Shown in pieces: positions 1-8,835 of a stretch of DNA of 49,988 nt (position 1 is its first letter; each line of letters begins with the position of its first letter). The position numbers and the translations under genes were made by a program. The notes beneath the pieces are model-generated. The model made no database searches. It saw nothing but the letters and a program-made list of their open reading frames with translations, and had not been told where the DNA came from. Source of the DNA: an uncultured Fibrobacterales bacterium (lineage in GTDB: Bacteria; Fibrobacterota; Fibrobacteria; Fibrobacterales; CAWVXU01); assembly GCA_963934255.1 (NCBI GenBank), contig CAWVXU010000009.1, positions 1 through 49,988 of the forward strand, given 5' to 3'.

Positions 1-108
1 ATTCACTCATCAAACCTGATTCACTCATCAAACCTGATTCACTCATCAAACCTGATTCACTCATCAAACCTGACTCACTCATCAAACCCGACTCATTAAT
101 TACAACCG
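1..108 (+). repeat. 18-bp tandem repeat (ATTCACTCATCAAACCTG) encoding DSLIKP
   Basis: Perfect units at 1-18, 19-36, 37-54 and 55-72; variant at 73-90; degenerate unit at 91-108. In frame with the downstream CDS. Confidence 0.95.
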
Positions 109-1145
109 ACACCAACTCAATTGCTCCATCAACAATAAGTGATACAACATCCGACACTACCAAGAATACTCCAGTGGTTCAAATTCCTATTGTATTAGAA
201 ATTCCCACTGAGATTCGCGATTCCATTGCCCTAAAATTATCCATGGAAGATTCTATCAGAAATGAACGCCGCGCAAGGATACTAGGTAGGGTGAACATTT
301 CCAAAATTCACACACAATCTGACATGGGAAGTAAGTATCGCTCACCCAAAACAGCTCTTTTTGCTTCATTAATTTTACCAGGTGCCGGACAAGCCTATGT
401 CGGCACATCTAACTGGACCTACGGAAGAGCCGGAGTCTATTTCCTAGCAGAGCTTGCTTTAAGTTGGGGATATTACAATACAACAATAGTTGAGTTTAAT
501 GCTAAGTCAGCTGCTGCTCAGAAATTCTTAGAGAACAATTATAGTATATCTAGTTATGATGAGAGGACCTTCAATATTCGTGCAGCAAATGTAGGGCAAA
601 CTTCAGAGAATGACGCTAGCAGGGTTTTTGATAATCGATACTTAAGTTCTAGGCAGCCTTTTTGTGAAGCACTATTTGGCAATAGTAATACCCGCAAGTA
701 CACCAATTGTGAATCGATTTCTGCAAATAAAATCAATATTTCCTGGGATGATATAGAGAGCATTGAAAACCTTGCCGTTCTTCTAGAACTCAATGATTAT
801 GTGCTTGGGTGGGAGGGTTCTAAAGTAACGACGGACCCTCTGCAGTTGGATAATCAAACAGCATACGTTGAACTAGGCAGCTCGTCAAAGTTAAAGAAAT
901 ATCGCGCTCAAAAAAACGAAGCACGAGATCTTGCTGATATGCAAACTATTTATCTCACAGGCTTTCTCGTCAATCATCTGGTTTCGGCGATAGATGCTGC
1001 TTGGGCCGCTCATAGCCACAACCAGTCGCAGGTTCAATCAAGTCTAAGTTGGTATCATCAAGTTCGAATGCAAAGTGCTTGGTCACCGGTTGTAGATAAG
1101 GGAGTTTCATGGCAAGGCTATTTACAAGCGCAATTATCCTTCTAG
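3..1145 (+). CDS. 5'-truncated hypothetical envelope protein (PGxGQ motif, DUF5683-like) with N-terminal DSLIKP repeats
   Basis: The frame of ORF 174..1145 is open back to position 3 (SLIKPD repeats, then an S/T-rich linker), so the true start lies upstream of the window. Motif SPKTALFASLILPGAGQAY; C-terminus YLQAQLSF resembles an OMP beta-signal. Confidence 0.7.
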   Translation, partial: SLIKPDSLIKPDSLIKPDSLIKPDSLIKPDSLITTDTNSIAPSTISDTTSDTTKNTPVVQIPIVLEIPTEIRDSIALKLSMEDSIRNERRARILGRVNISKIHTQSDMGSKYRSPKTALFASLILPGAGQAYVGTSNWTYGRAGVYFLAELALSWGYYNTTIVEFNAKSAAAQKFLENNYSISSYDERTFNIRAANVGQTSENDASRVFDNRYLSSRQPFCEALFGNSNTRKYTNCESISANKINISWDDIESIENLAVLLELNDYVLGWEGSKVTTDPLQLDNQTAYVELGSSSKLKKYRAQKNEARDLADMQTIYLTGFLVNHLVSAIDAAWAAHSHNQSQVQSSLSWYHQVRMQSAWSPVVDKGVSWQGYLQAQLSF

Positions 1146-1828
1146 TTTGGACTCAATTTTCTTGGTCACAGCTTCGAGTGATTACCCCAGAAACTGAATC
1201 CACGAGTTCTTGGGGCGCCGCAAGTGCAAGCCTATTGCTACCGGGACTTGGCCAGAGTATGCTTGGGCTTAATCGTGAAGCCCAATGGTTTTATCTAGGC
1301 GAAGCAAGCTTTTGGGTGGTCCTTGGAGGCTCATATTATTCTAAAGAGCATTATCTCAGTTCGGCTGTGAATTACGCAGGTAGACACGCCGGTGCGACTA
1401 GCGCCCCCAGAGACGAAATATTCTTGCAGCTCATCGGTGAATTCCAATCAAGAAGCGGAAGCGCTGGAGTCAATGCATCACCAGATCTTGGTGAAGATTA
1501 CAACCAAGACCTCATCAGACAAGGTCAAGATGTAGATAAATTCTATCCCAACACTCCTAAGTATTTCTGGGACTGGGGCACATCAGCCAATTCTCAAAAC
1601 AACCAAAGAAGATCAAACTATAACACTCTTCTGAACAAGTACCGATATTCAAAAATTGTTTTTCAAACCTCAGTAGGGTTATTAGTTCTCAACCGAGTCG
1701 TGTCTTCAATACACGCCATGCGTAAAGGCAAAAGCAACTCCAAAGTGAGCCCTCAATCAAATTTTTATTTACAATATCGTCCTGATCTTGATAATGGATA
1801 TCAAGTGGTCTGGACTAAGGGGTTTTAG
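1109..1828 (+). CDS. Hypothetical exported/envelope protein (PGxGQ motif, DUF5683-like), related to the upstream gene
   Basis: Signal-peptide-like N-terminus; ASLLLPGLGQ motif; late hydrophobic helix LLVLNRVVSSIHA parallels FLVNHLVSAIDA in the upstream ORF; C-terminal Phe. Confidence 0.65.
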   Translation: MARLFTSAIILLVWTQFSWSQLRVITPETESTSSWGAASASLLLPGLGQSMLGLNREAQWFYLGEASFWVVLGGSYYSKEHYLSSAVNYAGRHAGATSAPRDEIFLQLIGEFQSRSGSAGVNASPDLGEDYNQDLIRQGQDVDKFYPNTPKYFWDWGTSANSQNNQRRSNYNTLLNKYRYSKIVFQTSVGLLVLNRVVSSIHAMRKGKSNSKVSPQSNFYLQYRPDLDNGYQVVWTKGF

Positions 1829-3519
1829 TGAGAGATTTAGAGATTAGACTCAAACGTTTAGATGGTCAAAATTATGGCAAATACAAAACTCTTCAAACGA
1901 CTTGGAAGTCTGGTTTAACCACATGTCGCCTAGCACATATTCAAGGTGACCCCTATGCTAGCTCATCGACCCTTTCAATTATCGTCGCCTTAAATGAAAC
2001 AGAGATTCCTCCTGAGTATTATAGTGACTCAATTGCTCGCAAAGTTTTAGCTGACTTTATATATAGAGAAGCCTCAAAGATTGTAGGAGAGCTTTCTGAA
2101 AACAATGGTGATGGTCATTCCGGAGAAATGTTTCTCGGGACTATCGGTCCAGAAGTCCTGAGTCGTTCAGCGATTCAAGTAAGTGAAACCGGAATCGAAA
2201 TGCGCGTAGGCGTCGGTCTTCCGGGTGAGGGACGCAAAATTATGGGTATGGAAGCCATTGAGCTTTTAACCTTCAAAATACCTGAGCTATGGACACGCTG
2301 TTGCTATTGGCGTAACATGGATAAGGATCTTTTAAAATCACATCTTAAAGTCGTTCGTGATCAAGAAACCTTCCGTGGTCAACTCGAAGAAAAAAGCTTA
2401 GTCAGTTGGATTGCCAATGGCTCTATGCTTGCTCGAGCTGAAGGTAATTCTGTCAAAGTTTTAACAACCGCTAGGCCATTCAAAAGCCCTAAAAGTCTTG
2501 AAATTATTATGAGAGATTCTGACAACAAGAAAGTTTTGGGCATGGGTATTCCTAAAGGATTAACCCTCATTGCGGGTGGTGGGTACCATGGTAAATCAAC
2601 ACTACTTCATGCCATCGAACACGGTATCTATAATCACTTACCAGGTGATGGCCGAGAGAAGCTAGTCACTCATATGGACAGTGCCAAGATCCGCAGTGAA
2701 GAAGGCCGCTCTATACAACGTGTTGATTTAAGCGCTTTTCTAGGAACACTTCCTCAAAACCAATCTCCCACAAATTTCTCAACCACTAATGCTTCAGGTT
2801 CAACTTCTCAATTTGCCAACCTCATGGAATGCATCGAAGCCGGTGCGACTAAATTCTTTATTGACGAAGATTTGAGTGCAGTTAACGCACTTGTTCGTGA
2901 TGAGAGGATGCAAGCATTATTATATGAATACTCAGAACCGATTATCCCATTAATTGACCGCATCCCTTTACTCAAAAACTTAGGACATGACTTTGTGATG
3001 GTCGTGGGTGCAAGCGGCATGTATTTGGATCATGCTGATACAGTTATTGTCATGAATGATTACTCAGTCTTTGACGGAGCCGAAGGTGCCAAAAAAGCGA
3101 TCGCAGAATACCCTACTCTTAGAGCGATGACAGCTGAGATTGATGCACTACCAGAATTACACCGAGTCCCTAATCTCAAACTTTTACATGCCAAGCTTTA
3201 TGGTATGCAAGATTGGCCCAAAGTCAGAGCACAAGGTACTCATGTTCTGATGGGTGATTTGTCGGCTAGATGTGGGGCTTGGGATCAACTCGCTCATCAA
3301 GATCAACTTCGCACGATGGCCCACTCATTCTCATGGTTGATTCAAAAGCATGCTGATCGTGGTTGGAGTCTTGAGAAATTACTTTCTGATTGGTCTAACG
3401 CAATGGAACAAGGTGGACTTGATACCTTCCATCCACACAGGACTCGTGAGCTCTGTGAGATTCGCAAAGTAGACCTTGCCATGTTTATCAATCGAATTAG
3501 CGCTCTTTCAGTAATCTAG
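1828..3519 (+). CDS. Predicted ATPase of the ABC class (ABC_ATPase / MRB1590-like family)
   Basis: Walker A GGGYHGKST; family motifs HIQGDPYA, NASGSTSQ and FIDED. The GTG start overlaps the upstream stop by 1 nt. Confidence 0.85.
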   Translation: MRDLEIRLKRLDGQNYGKYKTLQTTWKSGLTTCRLAHIQGDPYASSSTLSIIVALNETEIPPEYYSDSIARKVLADFIYREASKIVGELSENNGDGHSGEMFLGTIGPEVLSRSAIQVSETGIEMRVGVGLPGEGRKIMGMEAIELLTFKIPELWTRCCYWRNMDKDLLKSHLKVVRDQETFRGQLEEKSLVSWIANGSMLARAEGNSVKVLTTARPFKSPKSLEIIMRDSDNKKVLGMGIPKGLTLIAGGGYHGKSTLLHAIEHGIYNHLPGDGREKLVTHMDSAKIRSEEGRSIQRVDLSAFLGTLPQNQSPTNFSTTNASGSTSQFANLMECIEAGATKFFIDEDLSAVNALVRDERMQALLYEYSEPIIPLIDRIPLLKNLGHDFVMVVGASGMYLDHADTVIVMNDYSVFDGAEGAKKAIAEYPTLRAMTAEIDALPELHRVPNLKLLHAKLYGMQDWPKVRAQGTHVLMGDLSARCGAWDQLAHQDQLRTMAHSFSWLIQKHADRGWSLEKLLSDWSNAMEQGGLDTFHPHRTRELCEIRKVDLAMFINRISALSVI

Positions 3520-3610
3520 AGCAATTTTTTCGGGCAAAATTCATGTTTTGTGGATAATATCTTACAGCTTGTCTATTTTGTAATAAATCCCAACAAGGTA
3601 TAGGTCTATT

Positions 3611-4153
3611 ATGAATATCGCAAAAAACATTTTAAAAATGAGCGCAATTTCTTTGGTTATTGGTTTAAGTGCATGTAGTTCTTCCAAATCAGCTTTGCCT
3701 GAATTTATGGTCAACCCTCCCAAAGAAGAAGGCATCATCTATGGCAGTGGTGAAGCTCAAAAAGCCTCATTCCAGCTCGCTAAAGAAACTGCTGATACCA
3801 GAGCTTGTAAAGAAGTTGCTAAAGTTCTCAACCAAAGAGTCAAAAGCGTACTTTCAGATTTCATGTCCCAAAGTGGCGCCGAGTTAGAGTCTGCGGAAGT
3901 TTTAGAGTTTGTCGAATCAACATCTAAAAACGTCACGGATGTTTCACTGACTGGATGTCAAATTCATAAACGTGAATATAATGAAGAATCAAGCACCGTC
4001 CACTCTTTAGCTCGCTATGATCTAAAAGATGCCAAATCAATGATTAAAGATATGGCTCACAAAAACTTAGCTTCCAAAGAAGCTCTCTACAATCGTCTCC
4101 GCGCAGATCAAGCCTTTGATAAACTCGACGCTGAGATCGACAAATTAAAATGA
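3611..4153 (+). CDS. LPP20-family lipoprotein
   Basis: Lipobox LSAC; P-E-F...IYGSG...LAKETADTRA pattern typical of LPP20 domains; C-terminal DQAFDKLDAEI helix. Confidence 0.75.
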   Translation: MNIAKNILKMSAISLVIGLSACSSSKSALPEFMVNPPKEEGIIYGSGEAQKASFQLAKETADTRACKEVAKVLNQRVKSVLSDFMSQSGAELESAEVLEFVESTSKNVTDVSLTGCQIHKREYNEESSTVHSLARYDLKDAKSMIKDMAHKNLASKEALYNRLRADQAFDKLDAEIDKLK

Positions 4154-5778
4154 TCAGACTCTTATTTTGCTTCCTACTTGTCTCCACTACCTGGGGACAA
4201 GAGGAATCTAAATATCAAAGAAAATCTATCACCCATATTGAAGGATTGTTTCGCTTAGATGCTAGTGCAAATAATTTATCTAGCGCTGAACAAAGCAACA
4301 TCATTTATCAAGTCAATCGCTCAATGCAAATGGGACGTTTTGATTTCAACCCAATGCCTCAATCTGTCTGGCAAGAGCTTCAAAGTCAAAGCCGCGCGAT
4401 GCGTATTTCCACCACCGAAGAATTACGTCAACTTTTAGAATCACTCATATTGACGAGCCTTTCTCAAACTATAGAAGATAGCTCAATGAGTCGTGCAGAG
4501 ACATTGCAATCCGAGTCTCAAAAACAAAGTTTCATGACGCAAAAAGCCAAGAGCTTAGATATTACTTCGGATCAATATCAGAAAATTTTAAACTCCGCTT
4601 ACATCTATGTCCCGACTATTTCCGATATTCGCATTCGCTCAAAAAAATACACCGATGGTTATGGTTATGAAGCTAGCCTCAAATTAGGTCTTGCTTGGTA
4701 CCAGATCCAGTACGACCAAGAAGGTAATTCCAGTCTTATCATGATCGCTCACACTCAAAGTGAAGGCATCGGGGAGATGTCTGGAAGAAACTATCGTTCT
4801 TCATACAAGACCATCGCTTTTAGAAATGCACTTTCAAAGGCGATTCAAAATCTTCAATTAGATACTAAGAAGATGGATCAATTTAGATTGAGAGCGCAAA
4901 TAACAAGAGGTGGGATTCGTACTGCCGAGATGGATCTTGGCGTTATATCGGGAATAAAAATCAATCAGAAATTCAGACTCTATGATATGATCCAAGAAGG
5001 TGATTTTTTGTATCGTGAGGAAAGTGGTTGGACTTTTGTCCAAGAATCTGATAGTAATTCAAGCGTTCTCCATCTTGTATCAAGTACAGCTTCAATCGGT
5101 CAAAGTTTGGATGAAATCCCATTAGTAGGCTATGCTTTAGATGTGAAATACAATCAATTCAATTGGACCTCCACACCTGACTCTTTCCCCGGGAAAAAAG
5201 CATGGAAATTCAGTTCGTTCCAAGGAATCTCAGTTGGCCCAACAAAAGATATCTCAGGGGCATGGGGATGGAATCATTTTTATGTAGGCGCTCAGTTTGG
5301 CATGGCCTTCTCAAATATTGATGCCCAAATCGCAACCGAAGACGGAGTTTTGTACACCTTAGATAGCCCATTCTATTTCAATATGAAATTTCATGCTCGT
5401 AAAATGTTCCATGTGTGGAACCGATTATTTTGGGGATTGGAAATGGATCTAGGGATTTATGCGCTAGGGATGACACTCAATGATGAAAACTCAACTGATC
5501 CTTATCAAAGGATTTCTTCTCGTTGGTATGGCAATACAGTCTCGGCTAGCATACTAGGTGAGCTTGCATTGTCTCCTAAATGGAGTGTCAAAGGAAACTT
5601 AGGTCAACAGTATGGATCCTACTTAGAGCAATACTATGTCATTGATGGAAATGAATCAGAATGTATCGATAGCAACCTACCTTGTTTTGCTGTCAACTTA
5701 AATAGTCTTCACTTATCGCTCTCTCTTGAGTATAAATTTGAAAGACTCGCATCTTATTTTCAACGAATGTTTTTGTAA
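4150..5778 (+). CDS. Hypothetical exported protein, probably outer-membrane: periplasmic domain, FlgT_C-like beta domain and C-terminal beta-strand-rich region
   Basis: Signal peptide; MDLGVISGIKINQKFRLY resembles the FlgT C-terminal-like motif; alternating aromatic/hydrophobic strands ending LHLSLSLEYKF; ATGA overlap with the upstream gene. Confidence 0.55.
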   Translation: MIRLLFCFLLVSTTWGQEESKYQRKSITHIEGLFRLDASANNLSSAEQSNIIYQVNRSMQMGRFDFNPMPQSVWQELQSQSRAMRISTTEELRQLLESLILTSLSQTIEDSSMSRAETLQSESQKQSFMTQKAKSLDITSDQYQKILNSAYIYVPTISDIRIRSKKYTDGYGYEASLKLGLAWYQIQYDQEGNSSLIMIAHTQSEGIGEMSGRNYRSSYKTIAFRNALSKAIQNLQLDTKKMDQFRLRAQITRGGIRTAEMDLGVISGIKINQKFRLYDMIQEGDFLYREESGWTFVQESDSNSSVLHLVSSTASIGQSLDEIPLVGYALDVKYNQFNWTSTPDSFPGKKAWKFSSFQGISVGPTKDISGAWGWNHFYVGAQFGMAFSNIDAQIATEDGVLYTLDSPFYFNMKFHARKMFHVWNRLFWGLEMDLGIYALGMTLNDENSTDPYQRISSRWYGNTVSASILGELALSPKWSVKGNLGQQYGSYLEQYYVIDGNESECIDSNLPCFAVNLNSLHLSLSLEYKFERLASYFQRMFL

Positions 5779-5801
5779 TTTATTCACTGAAGGAGGCTCC
5801 A

Positions 5802-7058
5802 ATGAAAAGCCCAAAATTAATCGCACTATTATTCATTCTCTGCCTAGCACAAACTTCTTGGTCCTTCTGGGGCAAAGACAAGCCAGACTCAAATTGGCCT
5901 ATGTCTCGTGAAGCCAAAATTCTCGAACAAACCAATCACTCCGAAGTTTTAATGGAAGCCAAAGGTTATGCTAAAGTCAATGAATATTTAGATTCAGATA
6001 TTAAGCGAGCGGCGGTCTGGTATCTTCTATTTGCCGGGACTGATCCTTTACTTCAAACTGATGAAGAGAAAAAAGCCTTCGACAGAATAGCTGAAAAATT
6101 TTTCACAAAAGTCAATCAGTTCATCCCATGGATAAGTCCTAAAGTGAAATCCCAACGTAAAATCAACAACGCATCTAAATGGAAAAAACTATCTAGAACT
6201 CGCGAGTTGAAAATCAACAAATCCATGTTAAAAAAAATGTTGATAATACAAGGTATCATGCAAGCCAGAACCGAAATTTTAGAAGAGGCCGGACTACCGT
6301 TTCTTATGGTACTTCCCGAAGCACCTCAAGATCAAAGTCCCCTAGATGTTTTCGACACCAATAAATTTGCTAAGCACACCGCAAGTGTGATCGAATCCTA
6401 TTTGACTTCTCGCCAATACGAAGTCCAAGTCCCAAGAGCCATTAGTGAAATTTCTCAATTGGTAGAATTAACTCAAGGCAATATTGATCAAAGCTTTAAA
6501 TTAGCCATGAGTGTGGGAGCTGACGTCTATGTGACTTTTAGTGGCACAGTTGACCGCCAAGGTAATTCACACAAAGCCGCCGTGAGTATCAAAGCATACG
6601 AAACGACCACCGGCCGAGCTCTGGGTGTTGAGACCGGATACTCCAAAGATCGACCTCTAAAAATTCATGAAAAAGCCCTAATCGAAGAAGCCTGTAATGA
6701 AGCGATCGATAAAGTACTGTCACGCATAGACGCCTATTGGAAAAAAGACCAAAGCATAGGTAGTCAGTATCGTATAAACATGGTGATGGATGATAGCTGG
6801 TCTCCAAGATTAAAAGTAGACGTTCAAGATCAAGTCGCCGAGTGGATTGAATCCAAATTCAAAACCTATAAAGAAATTGCGATGAGTAAAAAAACCATGG
6901 AGTACATCATCTGGGCCAAGCCAAGTCAGGCCAAGAGTGCATCGTCATTATATCGTATGATGAGAAGAGAAATTGAACAAAAAATCCCAGGCGTTTACTT
7001 GTCACGCAAAAGTTTAAATAAAAAATTATTAATACTTGAATTAAAGCCCATGGACTAA
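5802..7058 (+). CDS. Hypothetical exported protein, DUF6175-like (CsgG/TolB_N-like alpha/beta domain)
   Basis: Signal peptide; strong RBS AGGAGG; motifs LPFLMVLP, GADVYV and IKAYETTTGRALG. Family assignment is from recollection only. Confidence 0.55.
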   Translation: MKSPKLIALLFILCLAQTSWSFWGKDKPDSNWPMSREAKILEQTNHSEVLMEAKGYAKVNEYLDSDIKRAAVWYLLFAGTDPLLQTDEEKKAFDRIAEKFFTKVNQFIPWISPKVKSQRKINNASKWKKLSRTRELKINKSMLKKMLIIQGIMQARTEILEEAGLPFLMVLPEAPQDQSPLDVFDTNKFAKHTASVIESYLTSRQYEVQVPRAISEISQLVELTQGNIDQSFKLAMSVGADVYVTFSGTVDRQGNSHKAAVSIKAYETTTGRALGVETGYSKDRPLKIHEKALIEEACNEAIDKVLSRIDAYWKKDQSIGSQYRINMVMDDSWSPRLKVDVQDQVAEWIESKFKTYKEIAMSKKTMEYIIWAKPSQAKSASSLYRMMRREIEQKIPGVYLSRKSLNKKLLILELKPMD

Positions 7059-7063
7059 CTCGT

Positions 7064-8437
7064 ATGAAAATGATCACCTTACTCACTATTGTTTTGTTGA
7101 CGTGCACTCATGCATGGTCAAGTAAAGAATGGTGGGTGAGTTCAAGTCATAAAGATTATCCGACCGAGTCTTACTGGGTAGGAGTCGGTCAAGCTTCCAA
7201 TGCCAAGCTCGCAAGACAATACGCGAGTCAAGAAATTGCCAAACAATTCCAACAATCCATTTCGACCAGAAACAGAGACACCGAAGTAGAAACCAAATCT
7301 GCCAATGGCAAAAGAGAGTTAGAAGAGTTTTATTATTCGAAAACAACTTCAAGCACTCACATCGATCTGCAAGGGATTGAATACCCCCTTGAGCAAGCCA
7401 GCGGCAATGTAGGCAATGGCGTTAAAGGTGTCAGTGGTGTTAATGTCCTAGCAGTTATATCAAAAGTTCATTGGTTGAAAATAAAGTTGAATTCATTAGA
7501 TGAGATTGAGCATCAAATGGAGCAGTCAATTTTAAAATTTGATAGGGCCTTGATAGATACAGACTTAAGTTCGTCAGTGACAAGCATAAAGAGCCTAAGA
7601 CACAATTATTCAAAGCATCAAATGGTAATCAAAAAGATTATGCTAGCTCCTAGTTTGAAAACCCCTTCTAGTCTTGATTCACGAGTCAGTCATTTCCGTG
7701 AATTACTCAGTCAAAAAAACACATCCCTAGACCAACTGGTCAAGCAATCAAAAATAAAGCACGAAATAGAGTATCAATTATCCTCAGGCTTTGGATTGAG
7801 TGTATTCTCAGTAAACAACAAAGCCAAACAAAAAGAGCTCTCATTCTCAAAAACTAGAATCCGATTAGAATATAAAAACCACTTAGGTGAAGTGATTGTG
7901 CGCGAGGGTCAATCATTTACAGGACGAAATTTCAGTCCGCTAAATATACCTATAGGCACTCAATCAATTCATATCATTCCAGATTTAAATTTGTTAGGTG
8001 GAAATATCAAATCATGGCAAGAAGAAAATACAATTGAAATTCCATTAAGCGATTATATTTCAAAGATTGAAGCATTGAAATCAAATAAGTTTGTCCAAAA
8101 CGTCACAATCGATTTTATATCAAAATCAAATACCCTAGAGTCACAACTAAGCTCCAAGCAAAAGACTCAATTCAAAATCAATCTAACGAACTACCTAAAA
8201 CCCTACTACATCCATCAAACCGGAGTATCCCAACAAGTTCAAATCTCACTCTTGGGAAAGGTTCAAAAAGTAAATGGCTTCTCAAAAATACAGAAGTTCT
8301 GGTTCTTTGAAATCCAATGGAAAGTAACAGGCCTCAAGTCCTTCAAAAGCGGGAATTTCAAAAAACAAATCCAAGCCAAAGATTTGAGAGAAGCTCAAAA
8401 TCTATTTTTAAACTCAATTCTAAATTCAAATATTTAA
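7064..8437 (+). CDS. Exported protein with N-terminal LPP20-like domain
   Basis: Signal peptide; EWW...YP...YWVGVG...ARQYASQEIAKQF pattern, followed by helical and Lys-rich regions. Confidence 0.6.
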   Translation: MKMITLLTIVLLTCTHAWSSKEWWVSSSHKDYPTESYWVGVGQASNAKLARQYASQEIAKQFQQSISTRNRDTEVETKSANGKRELEEFYYSKTTSSTHIDLQGIEYPLEQASGNVGNGVKGVSGVNVLAVISKVHWLKIKLNSLDEIEHQMEQSILKFDRALIDTDLSSSVTSIKSLRHNYSKHQMVIKKIMLAPSLKTPSSLDSRVSHFRELLSQKNTSLDQLVKQSKIKHEIEYQLSSGFGLSVFSVNNKAKQKELSFSKTRIRLEYKNHLGEVIVREGQSFTGRNFSPLNIPIGTQSIHIIPDLNLLGGNIKSWQEENTIEIPLSDYISKIEALKSNKFVQNVTIDFISKSNTLESQLSSKQKTQFKINLTNYLKPYYIHQTGVSQQVQISLLGKVQKVNGFSKIQKFWFFEIQWKVTGLKSFKSGNFKKQIQAKDLREAQNLFLNSILNSNI

Positions 8438-8466
8438 TTCAACAACAATTCCAATTCAATCCAAAT

Positions 8467-8562
8467 ATCGAATCGAACTTTATTTCCACGATCGAATCGA
8501 ACTTTATTTCCACGATCGAATCGAATTTTAATTCCACAATCGAATCCAACTTTACTTTTACA
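8467..8562. repeat. 24-bp tandem repeat (ATCGAATCGAACTTTATTTCCACG), four units
   Basis: 8467-8490 and 8491-8514 are identical; 8515-8538 and 8539-8562 are progressively degenerate; no spacers. Confidence 0.95.
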
Positions 8563-8835
8563 ATCTCATCCACCACCAAATAAGTGCCAAATTCACCATC
8601 AAATAATTAGTCTAATGAATAAGCATACAACCATTTTTTGATTCCCATCCCCACCAAGGGTTCTATCGCAAAACTGCTATTTTTACCTCCCATCCCCCTA
8701 AATCAACAGAATCCATTCCAAAACTATCACCTCCAACCCCTACTTTTTCACCCAAAATCGCCATAAAATCCAATTTCACATTGGAAAATGACCCCCAACC
8801 TATCAAATCAAGCACACTTTACTACCTTTTGCCCC

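Noticed and set aside
3549..3557. Perfect DnaA box (TGTGGATAA) upstream of the LPP20 cluster, read as oriC
   Set aside because: Single copy; roughly one is expected by chance in 50 kb of this composition; no cluster or dnaA nearby.
8467..8562. CRISPR array
   Set aside because: Units are head-to-tail with no unique spacers, and there are no cas genes in the window.
8317..8583. 88-aa plus-strand ORF as a confident gene
   Set aside because: It overlaps the upstream CDS by about 120 nt and stays open largely because of the 24-bp repeat; reported only as a hypothesis.
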